In this document: positions 1-11,893 of the stretch, in pieces
Layout of the letters: each line of letters begins with the position of its first letter
Numbering within the stretch: position 1 is the first letter of the stretch
NCBI RefSeq assembly: GCF_006345805.1
Contig: NC_043026.1
Coordinates: 9,672,001 to 9,736,000 of the forward strand
From: Octopus sinensis
Taxonomy: Eukaryota
Reading direction: 5' to 3'
Length of the DNA: 64,000 nt
Position numbers and translations under genes: made by a program
The notes under the pieces: generated by a model
Database searches by the model: none
The model's input: only the letters and a program-made list of their open reading frames with translations
Told to the model about the DNA's origin: nothing

Positions 1-78
1 GTATATTACTTCAAAAGTTCCCGCAAGCCCATATGTAAAAAAAAAAATTTTTTTACGGAAATCGACGGAAAGATCGCC
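1..78. mobile_element. Right end of a TIR MITE (same family as 51498-51919, 58400-58827, 59471-59879)
   Basis: ATTACTTCAAAAGTTCCCGCAAGCCCATATGT...GGAAATCGACGGAAAGATCGCC matches the family TIR, with an ~18-bp internal deletion between the GACGGAAAG/GACGAAAG microhomologies. Confidence 0.8.
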
Positions 79-116
79 GGCAATTTATTTGGCGGAGGTA
101 AAGAATATGGGTATTA

Positions 117-398
117 CTAGCGAACAGTGGGCCCGGTGCGCGCACTCGCGCTAGCTAGACGTAAGTAGTCGATCCTACAACGACTTGCGCGTATGCTTGT
201 ATTTCAAGGCTGAATCCATATCAAAGAAAATTAAATAATATTTTTCGAACAAAGTAAATAAAACGCAAAGTAAATAATTTTTTAAACTAAGTAAATAAAT
301 TATTTTTTAAAACAAACTGAGGTTAGGATTAAAAAGTCGTAGGATCGACTACTTACGACTGGCTTGCGAGTGCGCGCACCGGGACCACTGTTCGCTAG
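117..398. mobile_element. TA-flanked MITE with long imperfect TIRs
   Basis: CTAGCGAACAGTGGGCCCGGTGCGCGCACTCGC at the left end and GCGAGTGCGCGCACCGGGACCACTGTTCGCTAG at the right end. The inner arms GTAAGTAGTCGATCCTAC/GTAGGATCGACTACTTAC also pair, and TA flanks both sides. Confidence 0.75.
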
Positions 399-459
399 TA
401 GTACCGACGTTCAGTATTTGACTTTTCGATTGGTTGTGTTTCTCCAATTTTTTATGTAT

Positions 460-655
460 CAGAGATGTCTATGAATTGTACAAGATTTGGCTGCTATTTC
501 TAGCTATGGAAGAGAGTTATCTATGATTTAAGCGAGATCTGGTTGCTGTTTCTAGTTATGGAAGAGAAATCACTATGTTTCGTGCCAGATTTGGCTGCTA
601 TTTCTAGCTATGGAAGCGAGATGTCTATGATTAGTGCGATATCTGGCAGCTATGT
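460..655. repeat. ~55-bp minisatellite (GATTTGGCTGCTATTTCTAGCTATGGAAG core), 3-4 degenerate units
   Basis: The core recurs near 484, 538 and 590 and is the reverse complement of the 24235-25290 array monomer. Confidence 0.75.
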
Positions 656-660
656 ATGTA

Positions 661-695
<35 letters not shown>

Positions 696-804
696 ATGTA
701 TGTATGTATGTATGTGTGTATGTATAGGTTCGTTTATAGAAATACATAAACCCGAAGGAGAACCGCACTCTAAGTTAATATTACAGTGGGTAGGCTGGTT
801 TATA

Positions 805-932
805 AGGGTACCCTGGGTTTCTCGCTCATAAGGGTTTTAAACCTTACGGTGTATCTTCAGACCCCAAATACAGCTGGCCTGAAGATACGCCGTGAGGCTA
901 AGCCCTTTATGAGCGAGAAAAGCGAGTGTACC
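805..932. mobile_element. Inverted repeat carrying two degenerate hammerhead-like motifs; probable Penelope-like element terminus
   Basis: The arms TTTCTCGCTCATAAGGG...TATCTTCAG and CTGAAGATAC...CCCTTTATGAGCGAGAAA pair. Each arm contains CTGAAGA followed by a GNRA-capped stem. Confidence 0.5.
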
Positions 933-934
933 CA

Positions 935-975
<41 letters not shown>

Positions 976-1099
976 TATATTAAGGTATGTAGAAAAATAC
1001 AACATGGACAAGAACGTATAACTCTTAGAAGACGACACAATAAACATGGACAGGACATTCGAACCCCTCAGTCTTCAGTCAAGAACCGGATCATCGTAG

Positions 1100-1201
1100 T
1101 AATTTCGGCTGATTAATCTTGATATATATACATACAGACATGAATATGTACGTATATATATATACATACAGACAGCCAGACATGAATATGTACGTATATA
1201 T

Positions 1202-1249
<48 letters not shown>

Positions 1250-1928
1250 GCATATGTATACTTATTTCTTTACTACCCACAAGGGGCTAAACACAGAGGG
1301 GGACAAACAAGGACAGACAGACGGATTAAGTCGATTACATCGACCCCGGTGCGTAACTGGTACTTAATTAATCGACCCCGAAAGGATGAAAGGCAAAGTC
1401 GACCTCGACGGAAATTGAACTCACAACGTAACGGCAGACGAAATACCGCTCGGCATTTCGCCCGACGTGCTAACGATTCTACCCCGTGTAAGGGAAGGAG
1501 TGAGAATGGAAGTGGGAGTGGGAGGGGAACGCGCGGGTTAAGTGTCACGTGACTTTCAGAGCAGACGACATCTTCTCAAAACTTGCAAAGATTTTCAAAT
1601 GTCGACCGAGGAAAGAGGCAACAAATAATTAAGGTAAGCCTTTTATTTTATTCTTCTTCTTTTCCAGAATTTCTCAAATTTTCGTTCCTTCACATTTCAA
1701 AGGAATTTTTTGTTTTTGTTTTTTCATGAGTATAAACCCTACACAGCTTTATTTAGGATCTCATATCGAGAAGACTTGCAGCATTTTATTGAGAAAAATG
1801 AGCGCCAATTAAGTTTGTGTAAAGTGATTTTTATTTCGATGAACTGATTCATGAAACTGCAAAATGGAAGAAAGTATCTCGAATACCAACAGAGAATAGT
1901 TTGTGTGAATATGTATATACATACATAC

Positions 1929-1978
<50 letters not shown>

Positions 1979-2040
1979 CGGAGTAAACACATAAATGTGA
2001 AACAAGGTGGAGAAAAGAGTACTCAAATACCAGTGTATGC

Positions 2041-2075
<35 letters not shown>

Positions 2076-2265
2076 AGGTTTGGAGATGATGTACAGATAT
2101 TTTATATTAGAAGAAATGAGGTACTCAGAAAATCGGATGGTTTTATATTTACAGATATTTATTTGTATATTACATGTTTTTATACATCATATAACTTAGA
2201 TCATGTATTAGAGCTTTCTCCCATTCTAGTGGGGTTTTCAAATCAATATATATATGTATGTATGA

Positions 2266-2296
<31 letters not shown>

Positions 2297-3069
2297 CATA
2301 TATATATGTGTGTGTGCCAGGTCACTTTCGAGTGCTACTGGTAACATGTAACCCAGTACAACCTTTTGCATGGTCGGACCGTCGGGGACTAAACCGGCAA
2401 CCCCACAAAGTTTGCTTTGTGAGGAGGGTGTTTTATTGGACAACAAAAGTTTGTACGAATGTATTGTTTTTTCTTTTTTTCTTTTTGACGAATAATAAAC
2501 CTTTACAACTTATTTACCATCTCAAAGTAAGCACATCATACTGAGAAAACCTTGAGCACATTATTGAGAAAAATGAGCGCCAATTAAGTTTGTGTAAAGA
2601 AATTTTTATTTCGATGAAGCAACAAAAAATTAAGCATATTTTATGTTCTTTTAATTTGTTTCTCCTTTTAGAAAATTTGTCAAAATCTGTTTGTTTCTTT
2701 TCGGTGTGTGTCTACTTTCGGAATTGTAGGCTCGGATGAAGCTGAAACATCTAAATCTTGCTCCACATTTTTTTTCTTACATATTTTATTAAACAAAATA
2801 CAGCGGAATAAGGCCGTAAAAGGAATGTTATCATCATGTCATTCAAAACGACTTAAAAATGTATTTCTTCAAAATTTCGTTAATAATATGTATTTTTCTG
2901 AAAATGAGGAAAAAATCCAGTGGGGCACAAAATAGTAGACCTACCATATCTCCTTTTCTCTGTCTATTTATCTTTATCTATCTAATTCCTATATCTCTTT
3001 CCCTCTCTCTTTCATTCTCATACACGTTTGTATATTCGTATATAGATATTTAGATATGCAGATATATAG

Positions 3070-3123
<54 letters not shown>

Positions 3124-3675
3124 CATACATACAGATAGACAGACATAAATATGTACGTATATATATATATACATATATGTATATATACACGCATATGTAT
3201 CTTATGCATATGTATACTACCCACATCATACCCCGTGTAAGGGAAGGAGTGAGAATGGAAGTGGGAGTGAGAATAGAAGTGGGAGTGGGAGGGGAACGCG
3301 CGGGTTAAGTGTCACGTGACTTTCAGAGCAGACGACATCTTCTCAAAACTTCCAAAGATTTTCATATGTCGACCGAGGAAAGAGGCAACAAATAATTAAG
3401 GTAAGCCTTTTATTTTATTCTTCTTCTTTTCCAGAATTTCTCAAATTTTTGTTCCTTCTCATTTCAAAGGGATTTTTTGTTTTTGTTTTTTCAAGAGTAT
3501 AAACCCTACACAGCTTTATTTAGGATCTCATATCGAGAAGACTTGCAGCATTTTATTGAGAAAAATGAGCGCCAATTAAGTTTGTGTAAAGTGATTTTTA
3601 TTTCGATGAACTGTTTCATGAAACTGCAAAATGGAAGAAAGTATCTCGAATACCAACAGAGAATAGTTTGTGTGA

Positions 3676-3724
<49 letters not shown>

Positions 3725-4009
3725 GGAGTAAACACATAAATGTGAAACAAGGTGGAGAAAAGAGTACTCAGATACCAGTGGTATGCTTTATATATATATA
3801 TATATTGGAAGGTTTGGAGATGATGTACAGGTATTTTATATTAGAAGAAATGAGGTACTCAGAAAATCGGATGGTTTATATTTACAGGTATTTATTTGTA
3901 TATTACATGTTTTTATACATCATATAACTTAGATCATGTATTAGAGCTTTCTCCCATTCTAGCGGGGTTTTCAAATCAATATATATATATATATATGTGT
4001 GTGTATTCG

Positions 4010-4056
<47 letters not shown>

Positions 4057-4060
4057 ATAA

Positions 4061-4092
<32 letters not shown>

Positions 4093-4860
4093 GTGTGTGC
4101 CAGGTCACTTTCGAGTGCTACTGGTAACATGTAACCCAGTACAACCTTTTGCATGGTCGGGTCGTCAGGACCCAAACCGGCAACCCCACAAAGTTTGCTT
4201 TGTGAGGAGGGTGTTTTATTGGACAACAAAAGTTTGTACGAATGTATTGTTTTTTCTTTTTCTATTTGACGAATAATAAACCTATACAACTTATTTACCA
4301 TCTCAAAGTAAGAACATCCTACTGAGAAAACCTTGAGAACATTATTGGGAAAAATGAGCTCCAATTAAGTTTGTGTAAAGAAATTTTTATTTCGATGAAG
4401 CAACAAAAAATTAAGCATATTTTATGTTCTTTTAATTTGTTTCTCCTTTTAGAAAATTTGTCAAAATCTGTTTGTTTCTTTTCGGTGTGTGTCTACTTTC
4501 GGAATTGTAGGCTCGGATGAAGCTGAAACATCTAAATCTTGCTCCACATTTTTTTACATATTTTATTAAACAAAATACAGCGGAATAAGGCCGTAAAAGG
4601 AATGTTATCATCATGTCATTCAAAACGACTTAAAAATGTATTTCTTCAAAATTTCGTTAATAATATGTATTTTTCTGAAAATGAGGAAAAAATCCAGTGG
4701 GGCACCAAATAGTAGACCTACCATCTCCCCTTTTCTCTGTCTATTTATCTTTATCTATCTAATTCCTATATCTCTTTCCCTCTCTCTTTCATTCTCATAC
4801 ACGTATGTATATTCGTATATAGATATTTAGATATGCAGATATATAGATTATATATTGTAT
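1100..4860. repeat. Tandem segmental duplication, two ~1.75-kb copies (period ~1752 bp); third partial copy at 7788-8075
   Basis: TACCCCGTGTAAGGGAAGGAGTGAGAATGG begins at ~1480 and ~3232. The following ~1.6 kb is colinear and near-identical apart from microsatellite lengths. Confidence 0.9.
1263..1480 (-). mobile_element. tRNA-derived SINE, family B (5'-truncated)
   Basis: Reverse complement of the family B consensus seen at 23078-23291 (B box GAGTTCAATTTCC; 3' end CCCCTTGTGGGTAGTAAAGAAATA). Confidence 0.85.
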
Positions 4861-4893
4861 CTGCATATATCGATGTATCAATATATATATATA

Positions 4894-5538
4894 TGGATCT
4901 TTTCCTTTTGAACGGCAGATGTCAACACAATTTCTAGTTAACTAAAGACTTTTAAACTTTGTATACTGGTAGAATGTGTTTATAAAACATCATTTTTTCT
5001 TGGTTTTATTGAGAAAATTCTATATGTTATAACATATTTCCACTTTAAAATCAAGCATTTTGGCAATTTTAACCAATCGCTCACCTCCATTTGGGGTGAA
5101 AAGATTCCGTGCTGTATGAATATGCCCCTCGTTTAAGAAACAGATTGGGTTTATTTACATTTGCGAAGAAATAAAGATACCCTCCTCCCACCCCTAACCC
5201 TAATCCTAAAATAGATTGAAATGCAATAGATCGATACTAGGGTCATAATTATGGGTGACAATTTCATACGACACCGCTACAGAAAATGGGTTTTTTTTCT
5301 AGCGGTGTCAAATGAAAATGTCACCCATAATTATGGCCCTAGTATCGATCTATTGCATTTCAATCTATTTTAGGATTAGGGTTAGGGTGGGGGGAGGGTA
5401 TCTTTTTTTTCTTCCCAAATGTAAATAAACCCAATCTGTTTCTGAGGGACATATTCATACATCACGGTATGTTTTGACTCCAAATGGACGTATTTGATTG
5501 GTTAAAATTGCCAAAATGCTCGATTTTATAGTGGAAAT

Positions 5539-5569
<31 letters not shown>

Positions 5570-7589
5570 CATTGTGTACAGTGCTCAGGTGCACTGCAAT
5601 TCATCTAAAGTGTATGTATAGTACATAGGGTAATGTACAAGCGTCAGGAAAAGAACAGTGCATGAGTCATGACATACACATATGTGTATGAGTATGGAAG
5701 GGGGACAATCAGGTGTAGTTTCGGCAGATTTCGGAAAGCATGAGGGCCTTAAACGATGCAGTGTCATGGCAGCCAACAACTGACGCAGGCAGTTTGTTCC
5801 ATGCTTCAGCAACTCTGAGCGTGAAAAAATGTTTGGTTGCACGTCTCTGAACAGATTCCAGGAGGTCAATGTTCTGAGCAAGATAGGGGTTCCAAACTGA
5901 TGATGCGAATTCCAAGTGTGGTCGTACCATAGCTGTATACAGTTTTAAATAGATGGCTGGAGAGCGGCTAACAAAAGTTTTGCTGAGTGATGCCAAGACA
6001 CCCTCGGCGTTCTTGACAATTTTAGAGATATGCTTTGTCCAACACAAATCACTGCTGACAGTGATGCCTAGGTCACGCTCGCAAGAGGATTTCTTGATAT
6101 CAGTGTTGTGGAGGGAGTATATGGACGCAGGGTTTTTTCTCCCAAAATGCATGGTGGTACACTTGTCCACAGCCAGTTTCAGTTGCCAGTCTGTGATCCA
6201 TTGCTGCATTGTGTCCAGGTCTGATTGCAGGAAAGAATTGTAGACATCAGGATCTGTCCTCTTGATTTCAAGGTACAGCTTGATGTCGTCTGCATATTTC
6301 AATACTGTGGCATTCTTTAAATTGGCATCTATGTCATTAATGTATGCCACAAACAAGAGGGGACCAAGAACAGATCCCTGTGGTACACCCGATGACATCT
6401 CATATGGTGTAGAATGCTGTCCTAGAACTATGACTACCTCCTTTCGGCTGAGAATGAAGGATTTCAACCAGTTAAAAAGATCATCCCTCACACCCATTGC
6501 AGAGAGTTTCACCATAAGCCTTTTGTCTGGCACAGAATTAAAAGCCTTAGCAAAGTCAAGGTAGACAACATCCACCCATGAGCCACTGTCAGTGATCTGA
6601 GTAATGTCCTCAAGGAACTCGACAAGCTGATCACTGCAGCTGGAGTTAGGGACAAATCCATATTGTGAGGGTCGGATGAGACTGTGAGAGCTCCAGAAGT
6701 TCCAAAGTGTTTCTCTGACACACAATTCCATCAGTTTTGCAATACAGCTAGTGAGACTAGAGGAATGACACAGAGGAATGACACTGGCAGTTTTCCACTG
6801 CTCCGGAGTAGCACCATTGTTGAGACAGTACTGGAAAAAAATAGAAAGCTGGTGTAAAAGGAAGTACCTGCTACGTTTGAGAAGCAGGTATGTAACTCCA
6901 TCGAGACCAGAGAAGGCATAGTTGCGCTTATTTTGAAGGTGACGTCGCAGCATTGCAGGTGTAAATTCCATAGTTGTTATGGAATTTGCTGTTAGTGATG
7001 GTGAAGATGGTACATTTTGATTTTCAACAGTAAATATGTTTGAATAGCACTCGGCAATGAGTTCTGTGCATTCTTGGGATCATCAGTGATCTGGTTTGTG
7101 TGAGGGTTGCGAAGAGGGCCCACTGGAGAGTGAGGTCTCTGCTTCGACTGCACATATTTCCAGAAAACCTTGCTGTCAGGATTGGCTGCTATGCACTGTT
7201 CAAATTCAAGCACTGCTTTTTTTGTCACTTGCTTGAGATGGTTGGAAGATTTATTCCGCTTTTTCCTGTTGGTGTCTGATTTATGTAACTTGTATTCCCG
7301 TTCAGCAGTCCGACGTTCCTTCCTGGCAAGTCGGACCGCTGAAGTTTCCCAAATTGCACTTTTGGGGCGGTTCTTATTTTTCTGTTTACGTGGCACTGAT
7401 GCTGCACATGCTTCCCATATTGAGTCCAGGATACTTTTAGAGTGTATATGTTACAAACTATAGAATTTTCTCAATAAAACCAAGAAAAAACAATGTTTTA
7501 TAAACACATTCTACCAGTAAACGAAGTTTAAAAGTGTTTAGTTAACTAGAAATTGTGTTGACATCTGCCGTTCAAAAGGAAAAGATTCA
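4894..7589. mobile_element. Foldback (palindromic) DNA element of ~800 bp, right arm split by a LINE insertion
   Basis: TGGATCTTTTCCTTTTGAACGGCAG at 4894 pairs with CTGCCGTTCAAAAGGAAAAGATTCA ending at 7589. The arm 4894-5280 pairs with 5290-5540 plus 7446-7589. TA-rich flanks. Confidence 0.85.
5541..7445 (-). mobile_element. 5'-truncated CR1-group LINE (RT domain ORF 5709-6971, upstream frame 6992-7396), (TTA)n tail
   Basis: RT motifs QYGF, YLDFAKAF, GVPQGSVLGPLLF and YADD; CR1-type C-terminus FFTLRVAEAWNKLP. Internal deletions of conserved blocks indicate an inactive copy. Confidence 0.92.
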
Positions 7590-8479
7590 TATATATACAT
7601 ATATAACGATAAACGTCGCCCCTTTTCAAGCCTAGCCAGGCTCATGGGCCTGGTTTCCATGGCGTATGTGTTCCCCCCCCCCCCCACCTTGACGGGACGC
7701 CAGTCCATCGCAGTGTTACTCAAGAAACAGGAAGAAAGAGTGAAAGTTGTGGTGAAAGAGTACAACAGTGGTTGTAGGTTCTTTTAATTTGTTTCTCCTT
7801 TTAGAAAATTTGTCAAAATCTGTTTGTTTCTTTTCGGTGTGTGTCTACTTTCGGAATTGTAGGCTCGGATGAAGCTGAAACATCTAAATCTTGCTCCACA
7901 TTTTTTTTACATATTTTATTAAACAAAATACAGCGGAATAAGGCCGTAAAAGGAATGTTATCATCATGTCATTCAAAACGACTTAAAAATTTATTTCTTC
8001 AAATTTTCGTTAATAATATGTATTTTTCCGATAATTATGAGGAAAAAATTCAGTGGTGCACGAAATAGTAGACCTACCATCTCTCCCTCTATCTCTATCT
8101 CTCTTTTTCTCACTCACTTTTCTTTGTCTATTTATCTTTATCTATCCATCTATCTAAATATTATTGTCTGGAGAGAGTCATTCTCCTTTAGTGCCTTTTT
8201 AATTTAACACACCCACTGGTCTGATTTTCACTCATTTACTTACCTTTTACAAAAATTTTCATTGCAACTTGCAGCCTTTTCAATAGTTGTTGATTCTGTC
8301 CATTATCGGAATTGCATTCTTTTCTTTTCTTTTGTATGCATGCATGTGTGTCAGTGCGCATACACATATGTATATATGTATGATGTATGTATGTTTGTGT
8401 ATGCATGTATGTGTGTGTGTATGCTTATATACATGTATGCACGTGTTCACATTTGTATGTATGTGTGTGTGAATGGAAG

Positions 8480-8875
8480 GAGACTCCGGCAGAAACAAAA
8501 AAAAAACCAAGGCTGCAATTTAAGGACTGTCAAGTCCTCATTAAAGGCCTTTGATATGCAGGACACTGACTGGGAGAACAATGCCTGTCATCGCCACAGA
8601 TGGAGGAAGCAGGTTAAGGAGGGGATCGACACTTTTGAGAGAGCACGTATCCAGCATGAAGAACTTAAGCGAGCTGCGCGAAAGCGCACGGCTCGTATAG
8701 TGAATGGGGAAAGCTTGGTCTGCAATGTTTGCAGTCGTGTATGCTTGTCAAGAGCAGGGCTCATTAGCCACCAACGGAGCCGCAAATGCAAAATATAAGT
8801 TAGTCCTAGAGCGCACAATGTTCCTGAAGGTCGGCAATGGTCTTCCTCGGTCACGAGTGGATGGCCATCATATAT
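8480..8875 (+). mobile_element. 3' end of an RTE-type (BovB-like) LINE
   Basis: Translation DWENNACHRHRWRKQVKEG...CNVCSRVCLSRAGLISHQR matches the RTE C-terminal CxxC...SH motif, followed by a short 3' UTR. Confidence 0.75.
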
Positions 8876-8959
8876 GTATGCATGTGTGCACGTTTGTATG
8901 TATGAATATATTCTGCATATCCACGTGCTTGTGTTCATATTTGTGTGTTTAATGTCTGG

Positions 8960-9265
8960 CATTAACTGTAGAACTAGAACTGTAGTGTACAGCATAAGGT
9001 GCATAGAGGGTGTTTGTAAAGACAAGAACATAATATACAAAGGTGAGGCATCTAGGAGCATTACAGAAAGACTAAATGAACATCTAAGACAATATGATGA
9101 CAAAAAGAAATCCTCCATACTTTACCAACATGAAGGCATACTGGGTCAATGTGACAGCCACATTTTATCCAAGCACCTGAAGGGACAAACACTCAGACAA
9201 GTACAAGAGTATGTCCTCATTAATGAAATATCTTCAGTACTAAATAGGAAATATACATTGAAGGT
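8960..9265 (+). mobile_element. GIY-YIG endonuclease fragment, Penelope-like retroelement relic
   Basis: CRTRTVVYSIRC...IYKGEASRSITERLNEH resembles the CxxxNVVYxIxC...YIGETxRxLxxRxxEH pattern of Penelope-like GIY-YIG domains. Confidence 0.7.
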
Positions 9266-9769
9266 GTCTGCTAAATTTTATATAAAAACCAATTCTTCAG
9301 AAAGTTAAGAGAAAACAGTGTGCTGTAGGGCCCTAAACCATAGTTATATCCCATGTTCTTTGTGGTGTGTTTTATTTTGTACTGGAGGTCATTGTCTATT
9401 TTTATATTTGGCAAATTTAATGCATTCCTGTATTTTAAAAAACTCCTAATATACATAACTGTTAACACATTTAATGAGTGAAGTATTTAAAATTTAATAA
9501 GGAATAAATATACAGTAAATTATGGAAGTCACATTCAACAAAGCCATGTGTAGAGTTGCCAGGAGGAATTCCAGTATAGAGGTCCCTACATCATGGAAAA
9601 TGAAACAGAAATGGAAGTAAGGGAGGAAGCTGGGAGAAATTTTTTAAAAAAAAGACAAAAACTGAAAGTTTTGTAAAACCATTATTTACAGAATCAAAAT
9701 GTCCTTTTCAATGAAACAGAGGTATATTAAAAAGAATAAGATTACAAAAGAACCTATACAAAGTAGCCT

Positions 9770-10553
<784 letters not shown>

Positions 10554-10579
10554 TATAATTGTTTTTAAATCACAATGTA

Positions 10580-11893
10580 TGAGGGGGTACCCAAAAGAAA
10601 CCCAAATGTTACAACATTATTTTATTCACTTAGTTTTACATGTTTATACTTTTATCACTTTCAATGTACTCTCCATTTGAAGCAATACATCGGTCTAGAC
10701 GCATTTTCCATTGTTCGAAGCAATCCTGGAACTCTTGCGAAGTGATGCCTTTTAATGCCTCTATTGTTTTTTCCTTCACCTCTTCCACATCTGCAAGACG
10801 TTTTCCTTTAAGGACTTTTTTCATTCGGGGGAACAAGAAAAAGTTGCAGGGAGTAAGATCAGGTGCACAGGGAGGGTGGGTAAGCGGTGTCATGCCATTT
10901 TTGGTCAAGAACTGTCTCACACTCAGGGCATTATGTGCAGGCGCATTGTCATGATGAAACCACCACTCTCCACTTTGGCACAGGTCGGGGCGTTTTTGTA
11001 TCACCGCATCTCGCAAACGCTTTAGAACTCCCAAGTAAAATGTCTGGTTAACAGTTTGACCAGGAGGAACAAATTCTGTGTGGACAATTCCTTTCGCATC
11101 AATGAAACAAATCAGCATCGTCTTCACACTAGACTTCACTTGGCGCGCTTTTTTGGGGCGTGGTGACATTGAATGCTGACATTCACTTGATTGCTGCTTC
11201 AACTCTGAGTCGCAGCCATAGCACCAGCTTTCATCACCAGTGATGACCTTCGTAAAAAGGTCTGGATCATCTTCCAACTGTTCTTTCAGTTCACGACATG
11301 CATTCAGTCGTGACTGCTTTTGATCTTCCGTGAGCAAGCGAGGCACAAATTTTGCTGCAACTCTTTTCATTCGCAATTCCTCACTCAAAATTCTTTGGCA
11401 GGAGCTCCAGGATACACCAGTTATATCAACAAGCTCGTCAATTGTTCGGTGACGATCCTCCAAGATGAGTTCATGAATTTTCCTGATGTTTTCATTCGTT
11501 CGGGAGGTCGATGGTCGTCCTGAACGAGGCTGGTCTTCAAGTGACAAGTGACCGTTCCTAAAGCGTGAAAACCATTCATAAACTTGTGTTTTGCTCATGG
11601 CAGCATCTTTGTAAGCTGTCTGAAGCATGACAACTGTTTCAGCTGCTGTTTTCCCCAGCAGAAAACAGAATTTTACAGAAGCACGCAGTTGCATTGTTTC
11701 AACCATCACAAAAACAGGGGAAAAGTGCTGCAAAACAAAGTTGCACCACGTGGAAGGACAACTTCATGCAATAACGCCAGTCAGCAGACTGATGCCTGAA
11801 GATCGTATCAAGTGGCTTCTAGCAGCAGAAGCCTGAACTAAAATGGACTTGTCCCACACACAATGTTTCCAGTTCCTTTTGGATACCTCCTCG
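10580..11893 (-). mobile_element. Full-length mariner (Tc1/mariner) element with TA target duplication
   Basis: Left TIR TGAGGGGGTACCCAAAAG at 10580 and right TIR CTTTTGGATACCTCCTCG ending at 11893, with TA on both sides. Length ~1.3 kb. Confidence 0.95.
10636..11733 (-). CDS. Mariner transposase, open ORF with DD34N catalytic triad
   Basis: HTH region with RSGRP, FVPRLL (WVPREL-like), TGDESW, HHDNAPAH and CAPDLTPCNF. There are 34 residues between the second Asp and the Asn. The likely start is an internal Met at ~11706 or ~11694. Confidence 0.85.
   Translation of the reverse strand: MQHFSPVFVMVETMQLRASVKFCFLLGKTAAETVVMLQTAYKDAAMSKTQVYEWFSRFRNGHLSLEDQPRSGRPSTSRTNENIRKIHELILEDRHRTIDELVDITGVSWSSCQRILSEELRMKRVAAKFVPRLLTEDQKQSRLNACRELKEQLEDDPDLFTKVITGDESWCYGCDSELKQQSSECQHSMSPRPKKARQVKSSVKTMLICFIDAKGIVHTEFVPPGQTVNQTFYLGVLKRLRDAVIQKRPDLCQSGEWWFHHDNAPAHNALSVRQFLTKNGMTPLTHPPCAPDLTPCNFFLFPRMKKVLKGKRLADVEEVKEKTIEALKGITSQEFQDCFEQWKMRLDRCIASNGEYIESDKSINM

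Noticed and set aside
1634-1667. GTAAG...TTCCAG mini-intron
   Set aside because: At 34 nt it is too short for a typical spliceosomal intron, and the preceding ATG frame stops after 9 codons.
5190-5390. TTAGGG repeats as interstitial telomere
   Set aside because: Only doublets are present, embedded symmetrically in a foldback element.
10636-11733. SETMAR-like fusion gene call
   Set aside because: There is no SET domain. It has TIRs and a TA TSD, so it is a mariner insertion.
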